64,000 nt of DNA from positions 62,001 to 126,000 of the forward strand of contig NIVC01000166.1 in NCBI GenBank assembly GCA_002269645.1, given 5' to 3'. The notes under the pieces were generated by a model. That model saw only the letters and a list, made by a program, of their open reading frames with translations, was not told the origin of the DNA and ran no database searches. The position numbers and the translations under genes were made by a program. Source of the DNA: Macrostomum lignano. Lineage: Eukaryota. Positions 42,137 to 54,345 of this stretch are shown here, piece by piece; the first letter of the stretch is position 1; each line of letters starts with the position of its first letter.

Positions 42137-43756
42137 TATTATTTACTTTTATTGACTGTCCATCATATAAAGTTTTAAACGATGCAAAATTAATCTTATC
42201 ATTTGCACATCCTTTAACTGTTTTTTTCTCTTCCATAATAAAATCATCTTTCAATAAAAGACAATATTTAATTTTAGGAGCGATAAAATATCCGAATATA
42301 ATTCCACCCTCTCCATAATCGTTTTTTCCTTGACTTAAATTATTTCCGACATGTCCGTTTTTATTTAATGTATCCCAATGTTTTTTATGTATATATAACG
42401 AATCCGTATCACCGTAATAAATTTCTGGAGTTTTTGAACCGTCTATAGAGGTGATAAAATTATTCATGATCCTTCTTGAATGAGCTAAGATAAATATTCC
42501 TAATTGTGCCGGACAAAGGTCTGATATAGGACTATCTTCGTCTTCGATATATTCTTTTGTGTCTTTATTTTTTTCAACATAATATAAATCGTCACATATT
42601 TTCTCATATGACTTGATTGTGTCATCGTATTCTGTTTTTAATGTATTCAAATTCCAGAGATGTGTTGAGAATGTAATGTCTCTTTGAACTGTTTTACCAT
42701 ATAATGAATTTAATAGTGTTTTTACCAATTCAGAACCTGCCTCGTTATTTTCTTTTTTAAATACTTTTCTCATTTCAAAAAGGTTTGTAATATAATTTTG
42801 AAACGGAGAGAAATCGTAATTTTTCTCATATACAATTCCACTATATATCTTTAATATTTTTCCACCCATTCTTACAATTTCTTGTATGTCTACGGAACAT
42901 AAGGTGTCGATTACCTTTCCGTTTCTAAACCTATTTAATGTTTTTGTTTCATTTGCTTTTGTTTCCGGATTGTAAAATTTCTCTTTATCTTTCGATGGGA
43001 GATGTTGGAGAAAAACGCTAGTTGGGTTCTCATACATAATCTTTAAAACCGCTGTTTTTGGTCGAAAGGTTTGTGAATTAAATTGTGTCAAGAAATCTTT
43101 TTCCTCGCTTATATCAAAAACTCTTGCTGTTTCTGCTCTTGGATATTCGCTATCCTTATCAGACATGGCGGATGGGTACAATGAGACTCCATCAAAATTC
43201 ATTAAACAATCTGATGCGGTACCCAATTGGTTTTTTAATTTAATTGCGATTTTCTTTTTTTCTTCCATATCGCTTTTGAGATAAGTTGATATAACCTCGC
43301 ATGGGTCGCTTGTTGGTATTTTTAAATGGTCTTTTACAACGTCTACAATTGTTCGAAAACAGTCACTTTCATATTTATTTATTAGTGCAAATACTCTGCC
43401 TCCTTTGACTGCGTCCCTCATAAACCTTCTTATATAAGGATTGGTATGAGAGTGAACCGAAAATTCTTTTTTTAATAGTGTTTGGTATTTCATTTTTTCA
43501 AGTTTGCTTAAGTCAAAATAATCTTCGATTTTCAACGGAGATATTATTTCTTCAATTTTTTTTATATAAATACTTTTTTCTTTTGTCTTTAGGTATTGTT
43601 TCATTTTGTCTTCGACTCTAACAAAATCTTTAAACCAACATTTTAATGTTAAGCTCGAACATGTAAGAGTATCAAACATTGTCATTCCACCAATTTCATA
43701 TGCTATTTCATTATATTTATGAATACAGGCGCATAAAGAAATAAGATCAAATTGTA
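42137..43756 (-). pseudogene. Duplicated internal PolB fragment (polymerase palm region)
   Basis: Translation identical to the matching part of the 49291-52686 ORF. Confidence 0.92.
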
Positions 43757-46700
43757 TAAGCAATGTATATATCCTTTGTGATATAGTCATTGTCATATGG
43801 GCTATATTCTTCAGTTTTCACATTAATATTCAATAAATCAAAAACTTTTCAGATCTTTACAAAATCATGGAGAAGCAAATGAGCAAACGTACTATTCAGA
43901 GGCAAGCATTATCTGAGTACTATATGGTCCAAGACCAGAGAAGTTCTGCATCTGCTTCTGAATATCCTAATATAGGACTATCAGTTGACCAAGTACTAGA
44001 AGCTCAAGATTCCTGTGTATCTCTGTCTAGCAACCAACAAGAAGTTGAAATGGAAGCAGATATAGGATCTAAAGAGTTTGAAGTGGTACAGGCTCTAAAC
44101 CATTTTGGTAAGTTAATTTGTGGTTAACTGTTTAGCCATTTTTTGCTCTACTATAGATGAAATATATTTTGACTCCCTAAAAATTGTCACACTTTTCAGG
44201 TTCAAGTAATGCAAGCTTTCAAAGTAGTGCTAATCTATCTGATCGAGGCTCTGAATTTTCGGCTATGGAGTCTGAGCTTAACTTGATTGACCGTAGGGAG
44301 CAACTACAAACTGCTCTCTGTGATTGGGTCAAAGCAAAAGATCCAGACACTGCAATGGTTAATGATTTACTTCATCGCTTGGAAGCCATTGAGCCTGGCC
44401 TGCCACGTGACTATCGTACTCTGATGAAAACTGAACGCAAAGTATCTGTAAAAACTGTTGAACCTGGCCACTATTACCATTTTGGTGTCAAAGCTGCTTT
44501 AAATTTTGTACTGGCTAATCGTCCATCTTTGTTGCTGATGAGTACCGTTTTTTTTTCATCTTTTTATTGATGGTGCGCAGGTCTATCGGAGCACAACATG
44601 TACCCTTTGGCCAATTTTTGGACGCCTAAGGGACCTTCGTGACTGTTCTTTTATCATCGGCATCTATTGTGGCGATTCGAAGCCTGCCTTTGTTAATGAC
44701 TTTCTGGCTGATTGCATAGCTGAGCTGCACAGTTTAATCTCAGCTGGATTCATAATGCCAAATGGAAAATGTGTTCCCTTTATTTTGGAGATGGTAATGT
44801 GCGACACACCTGCTCGATCCTATGTTAAAAGTACCAAACATTGCACAGGCTACTTTTGATGTGACAAATGCGTAGTCGAAGGCGAGTATGTTGCACGTAG
44901 GGTCTGTTTTGTCGATGTTTCTGCACCTCTTCGCACTGATGATATGTTCCGCACGCCTGAAGCCTATATAGGCCACATTCGCAATCGCCAACAAAGTCCG
45001 TTTTTGTCCTTAGCAATAGACGTGATCAAGTGCTTTCCATTAGATCCCATGCACCTGATTTATGAGGGCGCTGTTTTCAGAATTTTAAAGTCCTTATCTG
45101 CCGCACATGTTGACTACCGCGTCCCTTCGCTTTCTATACGGCAAATCAGCACAACATTAACGTCTCTGAGATCATGTATAACGCACGATTTTCCTCGTCG
45201 GCCGCGATCCCTTAATGTTTTAAAACTCTGGAAGGCAACAGAATTGCGCATGTTTATCTTATATCTTGCACCTGTTGCTCTGAAGGGAATTGTTAGTTCT
45301 GTTATGTACCAGTTAATTCTCTCATTGCACACATTCACATTTCTTATGTCGCATCCCGTTTTATGTTCGCATTATTGCGATTTCTCAGAGGACCTCATCA
45401 AGTGGTTTGTTTCTGAGTGCACAAAAGCATGGGGCCCAGAGTTCATTGTATTTTCGATTCACGCCCTAATCCATGTGCCGAATGACGTGCGACTGTTCGG
45501 TTGTCTCGAAAATTTTAGCTGCTTTTGGGGTGAAAACTTTATACGCTTTTTTACTAAGTTTTGTAGAGGCCCATCATTCACCCTGCAACAAGTTGTCAAG
45601 CGAGTTCTAGAAAGAGATGTTACCCTAGGCTATTTTGATAAGTTTTCTGGAACTCAGAATGTGTCTTTTTCTGGAATTAGACCCATTCCTAACATTACTG
45701 TCCATCATTTATCTATCTCCGGAGCCTTTTCAAAAGTAATTCTGCCTGATCGACACACATTCATTTCCAATTTACATCCGGATTGCTATGTTTTTACTAA
45801 GCAAGGTGCTGTTGTTTGCGTGAAGCATATTTTATCATGCGTTGATAATAGTTTCATTCTAGTTGGTCTACAGTATCGCCGTATGGAACCATTTTATGAC
45901 AGCGCTGTCAATTCGTTAGATATAAATATAGTAGTTGTTAGCGATCTCTCTCGTGATTTGAGCTTCATCCCATCTGCCGATTTATTGTGCAAAGGGATGC
46001 TTTTGAAGCAGCGCGAAGGCGGCTTAGTAGCACTTCCTATTTTGCACACCTTTTGAAATTTGCCTGTTCAAGCGTTCCGATTTAAATTAAGTTTCATGAT
46101 GTCATCTTCTGACTCTGATCAAGAAGAGCCATCGATGCCTGCTCTGACCTATGCTCTCGTTTTATTCGCTGCCGACCGTTCTTTCGATTTGGTACTCAAA
46201 ACATGGTTCAAGTCCCCGACGACTGTGCTGTGGCCCCCAAGACGAGCGTATGAGAAGGCAATCGATGGACGGATCGCTCCAGACGAAAATTGGACTCTAC
46301 ACGAGGTGATCGTATTGGCACAGCATGGTACGTAAGCTGGTTTTTCTCAGTTCAGGGTTTGTTTCCCGTTTAGCATATACTTTTAAAGAGTTTCAAGAGT
46401 AAATATGTTTGTCATTTTACTGTAAAGCATGGTTAATAGTGACTTGTGAAGTTTCAAAGCCCATATATGTATGCCTATGTATGTATAAAATATAGGTTTT
46501 TTGCACTTGGTTTGTATTTTTGTTTATTACTTGTTTATTTATAACTGACATTATTACAAATTACATCGTACAATAAACAACTAAAAAATGTATCGCATAA
46601 TACTGATATGAATTAAAGTGCTCAATTATGACCTGCCAGGGAAAAATATTTGCATTACATTGCGCTTCTCGTTATATAACCTCTCAGATTCATGGCGCTC

Positions 46701-49334
46701 GGCTTTAAAATTAAGAAGTCGTTATGAAAACAAAGGTGACGTCGTATCTACGGACTGCGAAGTGTCGAGGCATCGTCCACCTGCTGATGTCTTCATCGAT
46801 AGACACAGTAATTGTCTGGACGAGGAGATCGAATATTCAAGGAATCGCAAATCAAGATCGAGATTACCAGCTGGTGAACCGACTGTGGTACCCAAGGCAC
46901 CAAGGCTGCAGACTGTACTGCAACAATCACATGCTTCGAACATCCGCCCTGGGCCCAACAGCAACAATTCAGCTACATCAGTTATTACCGCACCATGTGG
47001 GATTTTATCAGCTCGTGCTGCGGCAATGCCATCATCAGCTGGCGCTGCGGCAGTGTCATCATCTGCTGGCGCTGCGGCAATGCCATCATCAGCTGGCGCT
47101 GCGGCAGTGTCATCATCAGCTGGCGCTGCGGCAATGCCATCATCAGCTGGCGATGCGGCAATGCCATCATCAGCTGGCGCTGCGGCAATGCCATCACCAG
47201 CGAATCGTAACCGGTCTGCTCTGCCGTCTGCAGTGTCGTCGCCGGGCTTACGAAATTCACCATCGGTCGAACTGTCGCCTTTCGCAGCTGCAAATACACA
47301 GTCACTTCTGGTGACTCTCGGCGATTTGTACGGAGAACAACCTGATGTTGCTAGTCCAGGACAATCGTCAACTGTAACTTTGGCAGAAGTTGCTTCTATG
47401 ATTTCCAAAATAGAAGGTAACAGTTATGATATTTTTTTACCCTACCAGTAAATGCTGCTTACAGATAGACTCACTATTTACTCCTTAGATCCAAATTCAT
47501 GAATCCACACTAAATATTAAAATGAATCTGTTCATTGACTGACATGACTATAGCTTATACTCATTTTATATTTTCACAACAACTACGCTTTGATTTTTTA
47601 TGAGAAAAATGGTTTGTCTCGTATAGAAGTATATTTCTCAGATACATATATAGCAAAAACATATAATATGCGTATAATAAGCAAACAACGATTTTATTTT
47701 TCTAATATTTCAGCGTCGCAGCGGGCGACGTATCTTAAAGTGTGCAGCATCGATCGGCGACTTCAATCGATTGAGCAGCATATCTCCTCAAACCCATTGC
47801 CCGCTGCTCATTCTGCTGCTGATAGTCGACAACACCAAATTCCTACTGACAAAGCCATTTTGGGTGGCTTGCCGTTCAACTCCCCGGAGGGGCTTCTAGC
47901 ATGGAGCCGTCAAGTCAAGGAGGATCGAAAGTCAACAGAGACTGTGGTAAATATTCGTTAAATAAAATGATACAGCTAGAATGCAATGTGCACTGTAATT
48001 AAAGCCACTGATTTCTTTTTTTGCTAGAGATTTCTGATTCTTTAAAATATCGTACAATGATAGCAAAACGATTTGCAAGCTTTGATAGATTCTTATAAGA
48101 AGCTATCTAACAAGACTTCTTTCGACTTCAATTTTGTGATCAACCAACATCAACATTTCAGTTCGCCTTTCTCCGTCGGTTGGGTGGAAAGTCTGTTTCA
48201 ACGCAAGTAAGCACCCTTATGTACCAACTGATGACCGACGGATTGGCTAAGCAGTACAGCCTTCGTGGTGCCGTTCGTAGGGGTGTGTCCAAACTGCCGT
48301 TTGAAAACCTTGGACTTCTCCCCCTTATCAAAAGTAAGAAAAGCAGAATGTAATGCCCATTAGTTTCTAATTCAGACGTTGAAATAGTCCATTTGTGTTC
48401 GATTTAATTTATAATTCAGGAATTCTCTCGTTCTCAGATGTCGTATGGACGGCCCATAAGACGGCGACAGGACTCGCGATCGAGGAAGCCGTGGGCGAGC
48501 ATCTGCGCTTTGCCGCCGTTCGAGAACGTCGCAAAGCTGAACGCGCCTCTAGTGGGCAAAATGCTGCCGATTCTGGTGTTGGTCCTAGATTGGACGGCGA
48601 AGGCGATGCTGAAGGTTTCGGTGCTGACGACGCTGACGAAGAAGACAATTATTAATGGCGTGTAAAATCAATCGCAATGTACCAAGTTATTTTGTCAACA
48701 TCCAGCTGTCCGAATTTCTTTGATTGTTTGATAGCAAAGGACATTTTTGTATTGAAGCCTCTAGTTGTGGGTGAATATAAAAAAATGATGCTGCAAAGTG
48801 ATTTTCCTTCTTAAAGCCGCTTTGTATGACTTTGTATGCCATATTATTTCCCCCTTATCTAAGTTATATTTGCATACCATTGACTTACAAATTTACAACA
48901 AACCCTATTGACATCTCTTTGCGCAGTAAAAACCATTTGCAATTTATTCTGTTTTGAAGTAAAATTCCATCTAGAAAAATATAAAACCAACAACTTTTTG
49001 TTGTACTTCGAGTGCGCCATTTTGTTTCATTCTTCCTATTGAATTGGATTAAAGCTGCAGGGTGGTCTTGCGTCTCGTTTTGTTTTTTTCAGAATATTAA
49101 AACAATCTACTACAAATTAAATAATCTCGCTGCATTACTATCAGTAGGAAGAAAAGAGATTTCAAAATGTTGTTATGTCAACATTGCTTTAATGTTATGG
49201 CAACATTATATAGCAACATATGACAACATTTGCAACGACAAAAAATATGTTGCCGCAACATTGACATCAACAATTCAGCAACATTAGATATCAACGTTGT
49301 GACAACATTGTGGCAATATACCTGGCAGCTAGGG
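43753..49334 (+). mobile_element. Second, 5'-truncated EnSpm copy created by the duplication
   Basis: Same ORFs and same lesions as copy 1; lacks the left ~1.9 kb and left TIR. Confidence 0.9.
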
Positions 49335-52300
49335 TATTATTTACTTTTATTGACTGTCCATCATATAAAGTTTTAAACGATGCAAAATTAATCTTATCAT
49401 TTGCACATCCTTTAACTGTTTTTTTCTCTTCCATAATAAAATCATCTTTCAATAAAAGACAATATTTAATTTTAGGAGCGATAAAATATCCGAATATAAT
49501 TCCACCCTCTCCATAATCGTTTTTTCCTTGACTTAAATTATTTCCGACATGTCCGTTTTTATTTAATGTATCCCAATGTTTTTTATGTATATATAACGAA
49601 TCCGTATCACCGTAATAAATTTCTGGAGTTTTTGAACCGTCTATAGAGGTGATAAAATTATTCATGATCCTTCTTGAATGAGCTAAGATAAATATTCCTA
49701 ATTGTGCCGGACAAAGGTCTGATATAGGACTATCTTCGTCTTCGATATATTCTTTTGTGTCTTTATTTTTTTCAACATAATATAAATCGTCACATATTTT
49801 CTCATATGACTTGATTGTGTCATCGTATTCTGTTTTTAATGTATTCAAATTCCAGAGATGTGTTGAGAATGTAATGTCTCTTTGAACTGTTTTACCATAT
49901 AATGAATTTAATAGTGTTTTTACCAATTCAGAACCTGCCTCGTTATTTTCTTTTTTAAATACTTTTCTCATTTCAAAAAGGTTTGTAATATAATTTTGAA
50001 ACGGAGAGAAATCGTAATTTTTCTCATATACAATTCCACTATATATCTTTAATATTTTTCCACCCATTCTTACAATTTCTTGTATGTCTACGGAACATAA
50101 GGTGTCGATTACCTTTCCGTTTCTAAACCTATTTAATGTTTTTGTTTCATTTGCTTTTGTTTCCGGATTGTAAAATTTCTCTTTATCTTTCGATGGGAGA
50201 TGTTGGAGAAAAACGCTAGTTGGGTTCTCATACATAATCTTTAAAACCGCTGTTTTTGGTCGAAAGGTTTGTGAATTAAATTGTGTCAAGAAATCTTTTT
50301 CCTCGCTTATATCAAAAACTCTTGCTGTTTCTGCTCTTGGATATTCGCTATCCTTATCAGACATGGCGGATGGGTACAATGAGACTCCATCAAAATTCAT
50401 TAAACAATCTGATGCGGTACCCAATTGGTTTTTTAATTTAATTGCGATTTTCTTTTTTTCTTCCATATCGCTTTTGAGATAAGTTGATATAACCTCGCAT
50501 GGGTCGCTTGTTGGTATTTTTAAATGGTCTTTTACAACGTCTACAATTGTTCGAAAACAGTCACTTTCATATTTATTTATTAGTGCAAATACTCTGCCTC
50601 CTTTGACTGCGTCCCTCATAAACCTTCTTATATAAGGATTGGTATGAGAGTGAACCGAAAATTCTTTTTTTAATAGTGTTTGGTATTTCATTTTTTCAAG
50701 TTTGCTTAAGTCAAAATAATCTTCGATTTTCAACGGAGATATTATTTCTTCAATTTTTTTTATATAAATACTTTTTTCTTTTGTCTTTAGGTATTGTTTC
50801 ATTTTGTCTTCGACTCTAACAAAATCTTTAAACCAACATTTTAATGTTAAGCTCGAACATGTAAGAGTATCAAACATTGTCATTCCACCAATTTCATATG
50901 CTATTTCATTATATTTATGAATACAGGCGCATAAAGAAATAAGATCAAATTGTAAATATTCGTACCATTCGTCCATGCGCTCTATATAGTCGTGTTCGGT
51001 AATGTCGTGAACCATTGAGGTCTTGCACAGATCCTCTCTAATTGTCATTGATGAGCAAAACTTTTTTAAACTCATTGAAGCGTGTTGATATGAACAAAGC
51101 ATCGTAATGGTTTGTTTCGAATCCTTATGATTCTTCTTCTTATCTCTGTTTATAAACGCTCCAACCTCTTTTGTCATATAATCATTTACAAAAGTGATTG
51201 ATAATATTCCTCTTGGGGTTTTAAGAATTTTAATTGGTTTTATATTACAAAATAGTGGTATGTACGAATCGAATCGGGATGCGTTGTGTGCGATCAAAAC
51301 AATCTTTTTTGACCTAACAGTACCAAGGTATTTAAACATTTTTCTAACGCAATCAACCTTTGGTTGCGAGCCTTCGGCACGGTCAAGCTTATCTCCGTCT
51401 GTTTGAAAATCACATCCGCGGTCGGATATCAAGATCTTAGTTAATTTCTTTATTTCCTCTGGGGTTTCGTTACACTTATTAGAAAAGTCGTTATAGTTTA
51501 AAAGACCAACTGCATACGGACATGCTTGTTGATTATAATTTAAATATGTTTCAAAATCAAATATGTATACATTTGATTTATTGGGATTTGTGGGTGTGAT
51601 GAACATTTTTAACTCTTTAACATTTTCGGGCGTTGGGTTTTTAAATACTATTTTATAATTGTCTTTTATCCGTTCGAGGGCGATTCCTCGTTGTTTATTG
51701 GAAATAAGGCAATAATGACCAATGTGATAATCAGGCGTGTGATAGTAATTTATTAATAACCAGTCGTGGTGAATCCCTCTTTGAGACTTTGGTTCAATTC
51801 CACGATTATTAGGGTTATACAGCCCTATATTAAGATTAAAATATTCATTGAATCTTTCAATTCTTGAATTTGTCATTAAACCTCTTTGGGTTCTTGAGTC
51901 GTACAACCAAGCACCATATTCGTCTTTGGATGGGGCATTATCGCCATAAATAAACTGAACACACTTGTAGAAACAATTTCCATCACTAGGTATGTAACAG
52001 TACTCATCTTTATACTCTACAATTTCACACATGACATTTGTTCCCATACCCTGCTTTGACCTTTCATGTTTAAGTATAATTTCATTTGGTGTCATTTTAA
52101 GTCTTCCAGAAAACAAACTTAAATTCATGTCGTAGTTTTCTACCAAATGCTTAAACCAAGCTTGAAACTGACTTATATTATAAAATGTTGCTAAGTATTG
52201 AATTATCTCTTCACGATCATCACCGGTTTTATTATAAAAATATTGTACTCTTGCATTAGTAATTTCAACACTATATCCGTTTGAAAGCTGGGTAATAATA

Positions 52301-52686
52301 AAATCTAGGACGTTCTGCATTGGTTCAAATCGATAAACCCTAATAAACTCTTCTAATGGTTTTTCATCCGATTTATTCCGTAGTTTCCGACGTGTTTGTT
52401 TCTTTTGGTTTTTTTCTAATTCTGCTATTCTTTTTTCATATTCAACCTTTTCTATTAAACGCTTATAAGCTTCTTCTGTCCTTATCCTATTTGCTAATTC
52501 GTTTATTTGCTGTTCTTGTATTTCTCTTTCTCTCTGTCTTTGTCTCTGTCTTTCTCTTGCTCTTCGCAGAAGATGCTGTCTTTGGCGCTGATCAATTTGT
52601 TCAATCTGTCTTTGTAATCGATTGAACTGTTCGCGCTCATTTGCAAGAAGTTGTCGAATCTGATCTGGGCTCAATCTTTGTTCCAT
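49335..52686 (-). pseudogene. polB: Protein-primed family B DNA polymerase (pPolB), C-terminus cut off by EnSpm
   Basis: Exo FDFET, HNASRFD; Pol DGVSLYPSAM, KTLLNSLYGK, YGDTDS; N-terminal coiled coil and DGNC..GHY OTU-like motif. Confidence 0.95.
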
Positions 52687-52774
52687 TTTATAGAATATAA
52701 TTTATATAATATTTGAATTATTGGTTTTTTAATTTTGCGTTTTTGGTGTCCCGACCCACCCCCCCCCCAGGAGC

Positions 52775-53728
52775 CTATTCGAGATCTGCTTTTGGTAACA
52801 GTAATCCATTGCCCATAACGTTTGAATTTAAGAAAATTCCAGATCCTGCTTTTGGTCGCATTTCGAGATATAATCCGCTTCCGTCGTGTTTTTCAATTAT
52901 GTTAAAATCTTTTCCTAACTTATTAAAAATCTTCTGAACTGCTGGCCTAAAATTAGCTCCAATATTATCAAAAAATCCTTTAGCTTTCTCACCCGTTTTT
53001 TCTAAAGTTTGGCCAAATTCATGTAGTTTATCTGCGACAACTCCACTTCCTTGGGTTGTTCCTTGCAAGAGTAAACCTTTTCCGGCTGCTAACCTAGCTT
53101 CTGCATTTCTTTTTTGCTCTGCTGTTGCTGAACTACTATTAATGGTATCAATAAGTTTCTGTTTGAATTGAGCATCCTGTGTTATTTGCTGTCTTTGAAA
53201 TTCAGCATCTCGTTTAGCTTTTTCATCCGCAGCTTTTTTATCGTTTACTGCTTTTGTGATTCCTGCTGCGCCGCCTGCTATTCCACCAGCTGCTCCTATT
53301 CCTGCAAAAATTATTGGTAACAAAGTTGCAAGTGGCAATATACCACCTTGTTTTGCTTTTAATTCTGCTAACTGTTTTCGATTATCATGAATTCTTTTGC
53401 CTGCTAAACCGACTCCTCCGGCTGCTCCGAGGCCTAAAAGAATTGGTAAAATGGGTAGCAATCCTCCGTCCTTTTTAGTGTGAGTCTCCAATAAAAATTT
53501 CACATCAGAGTCTGTCAACCTATAATTTCTACCATGATTCTTAAAGGATATTGGTCTTCCTTCTTGTGCATATTTTGCAGCAAGTTTAAATGTATCGATA
53601 TCATAGTCAAGTTTTTTACCTAAACGATCCAATCTTTTTAACATTGTGTGGCTATGTTTATTATCATCCAAATCTAAAGTGTCTACAATTTCTCCTATAA
53701 AATATAAGCGGTCGTTATCCGTGTCCAT
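52775..53728 (-). CDS. Polinton virion core/membrane precursor with adenovirus pX-like hydrophobic repeats, 317 aa
   Basis: GGLLPILPILLGLGAAGG and GGILPLATLLPIIFAGIGAAGG; several GxG-hydrophobic motifs. Confidence 0.6.
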   Translation of the reverse strand: MDTDNDRLYFIGEIVDTLDLDDNKHSHTMLKRLDRLGKKLDYDIDTFKLAAKYAQEGRPISFKNHGRNYRLTDSDVKFLLETHTKKDGGLLPILPILLGLGAAGGVGLAGKRIHDNRKQLAELKAKQGGILPLATLLPIIFAGIGAAGGIAGGAAGITKAVNDKKAADEKAKRDAEFQRQQITQDAQFKQKLIDTINSSSATAEQKRNAEARLAAGKGLLLQGTTQGSGVVADKLHEFGQTLEKTGEKAKGFFDNIGANFRPAVQKIFNKLGKDFNIIEKHDGSGLYLEMRPKAGSGIFLNSNVMGNGLLLPKADLE

Positions 53729-53738
53729 TTTTATATTG

Positions 53739-54149
53739 TTAAAATTTCTTTAATCCTTTTCCGCCTTTAACTGTGGTTAACATTTTATTAAAATCCTGAA
53801 TATCTTTATTACTTATTGGTGCGCTTTTCGTGGGGGTTTCTGTTGGTTGTGTGGCTTGGGTTGCTTCCTGCGCTAGTTTCAAATCTTTTATTACTTTTAT
53901 TTGTGAGAGGGTGTCGTTAAATTCTCTCAATTTCTTTAGTTCTTCTACTGCCCTCGCTGCTTCAATTCCACCCTTTACAGCATTTGTTATAGAACCTGCT
54001 GCGGAGCCTGCTTGCCCTATAAGACCCATATTATCTTTAACAAAATTTGCTGCTGTTCCAACCACATCAAAAAGCCCCTCACCTCGGTATTCAACTGGGT
54101 CTCCTACCTGCAATTCATTCAGATTTTGCATATGTGTAACGTGTGTCAT
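53739..54149 (-). CDS. Polinton small virion protein with predicted amphipathic helix, 136 aa
   Basis: RGEG-LFDVVGTAANFVKDN; ends KGGKGLKKF. Confidence 0.5.
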   Translation of the reverse strand: MTHVTHMQNLNELQVGDPVEYRGEGLFDVVGTAANFVKDNMGLIGQAGSAAGSITNAVKGGIEAARAVEELKKLREFNDTLSQIKVIKDLKLAQEATQATQPTETPTKSAPISNKDIQDFNKMLTTVKGGKGLKKF

Positions 54150-54157
54150 TTTTGTCT

Positions 54158-54345
54158 ATTTTTAATAACAGAAAAAGACCCTTCGCGCCTGCGGCGCGGC
54201 CTGGGGTTATAGAGAGTTGGGGAGAGTTGGAAGTGTTAGAAGAGTTGGGTAGAGTTGGGTAGAGTTGGGTAGAGTTGGGTAGAGTTGGAAGTGTTGGGTA
54301 CGGTACAAAATTGCCAGCAAACCAAAGCGAACGACGAGAGCGTAT
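54158..54345 (-). repeat. Polinton right TIR, cut by the LTR element
   Basis: Reverse complement of 23036-23223; stops at the TG of the LTR. Confidence 0.95.

Larger units (their letters stand above)
36555..50954 (+). repeat. Direct tandem duplication, unit 7198 bp (36555-43752 and 43753-50950)
   Basis: All listed ORFs recur with identical translations at offset 7198; junction has 4-bp tgta microhomology at 43753-43756. Confidence 0.95.
23036..54345. mobile_element. Polinton/Maverick (endogenous adintovirus-like element), ~16.6 kb without nested insertions
   Basis: 188-bp inverted repeats at both ends; AT-rich gene-dense content with pPolB, rve integrase, A32-like ATPase, adenain, major and minor capsid. 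True outer termini and TSD not resolved. Confidence 0.96.

Noticed and set aside
49291-52686. Intein or second group I intron in PolB, MCP or ATPase
   Set aside because: No C/S...HN intein ends or P/Q/R/S elements seen; spacing between motifs is compatible with uninterrupted proteins.
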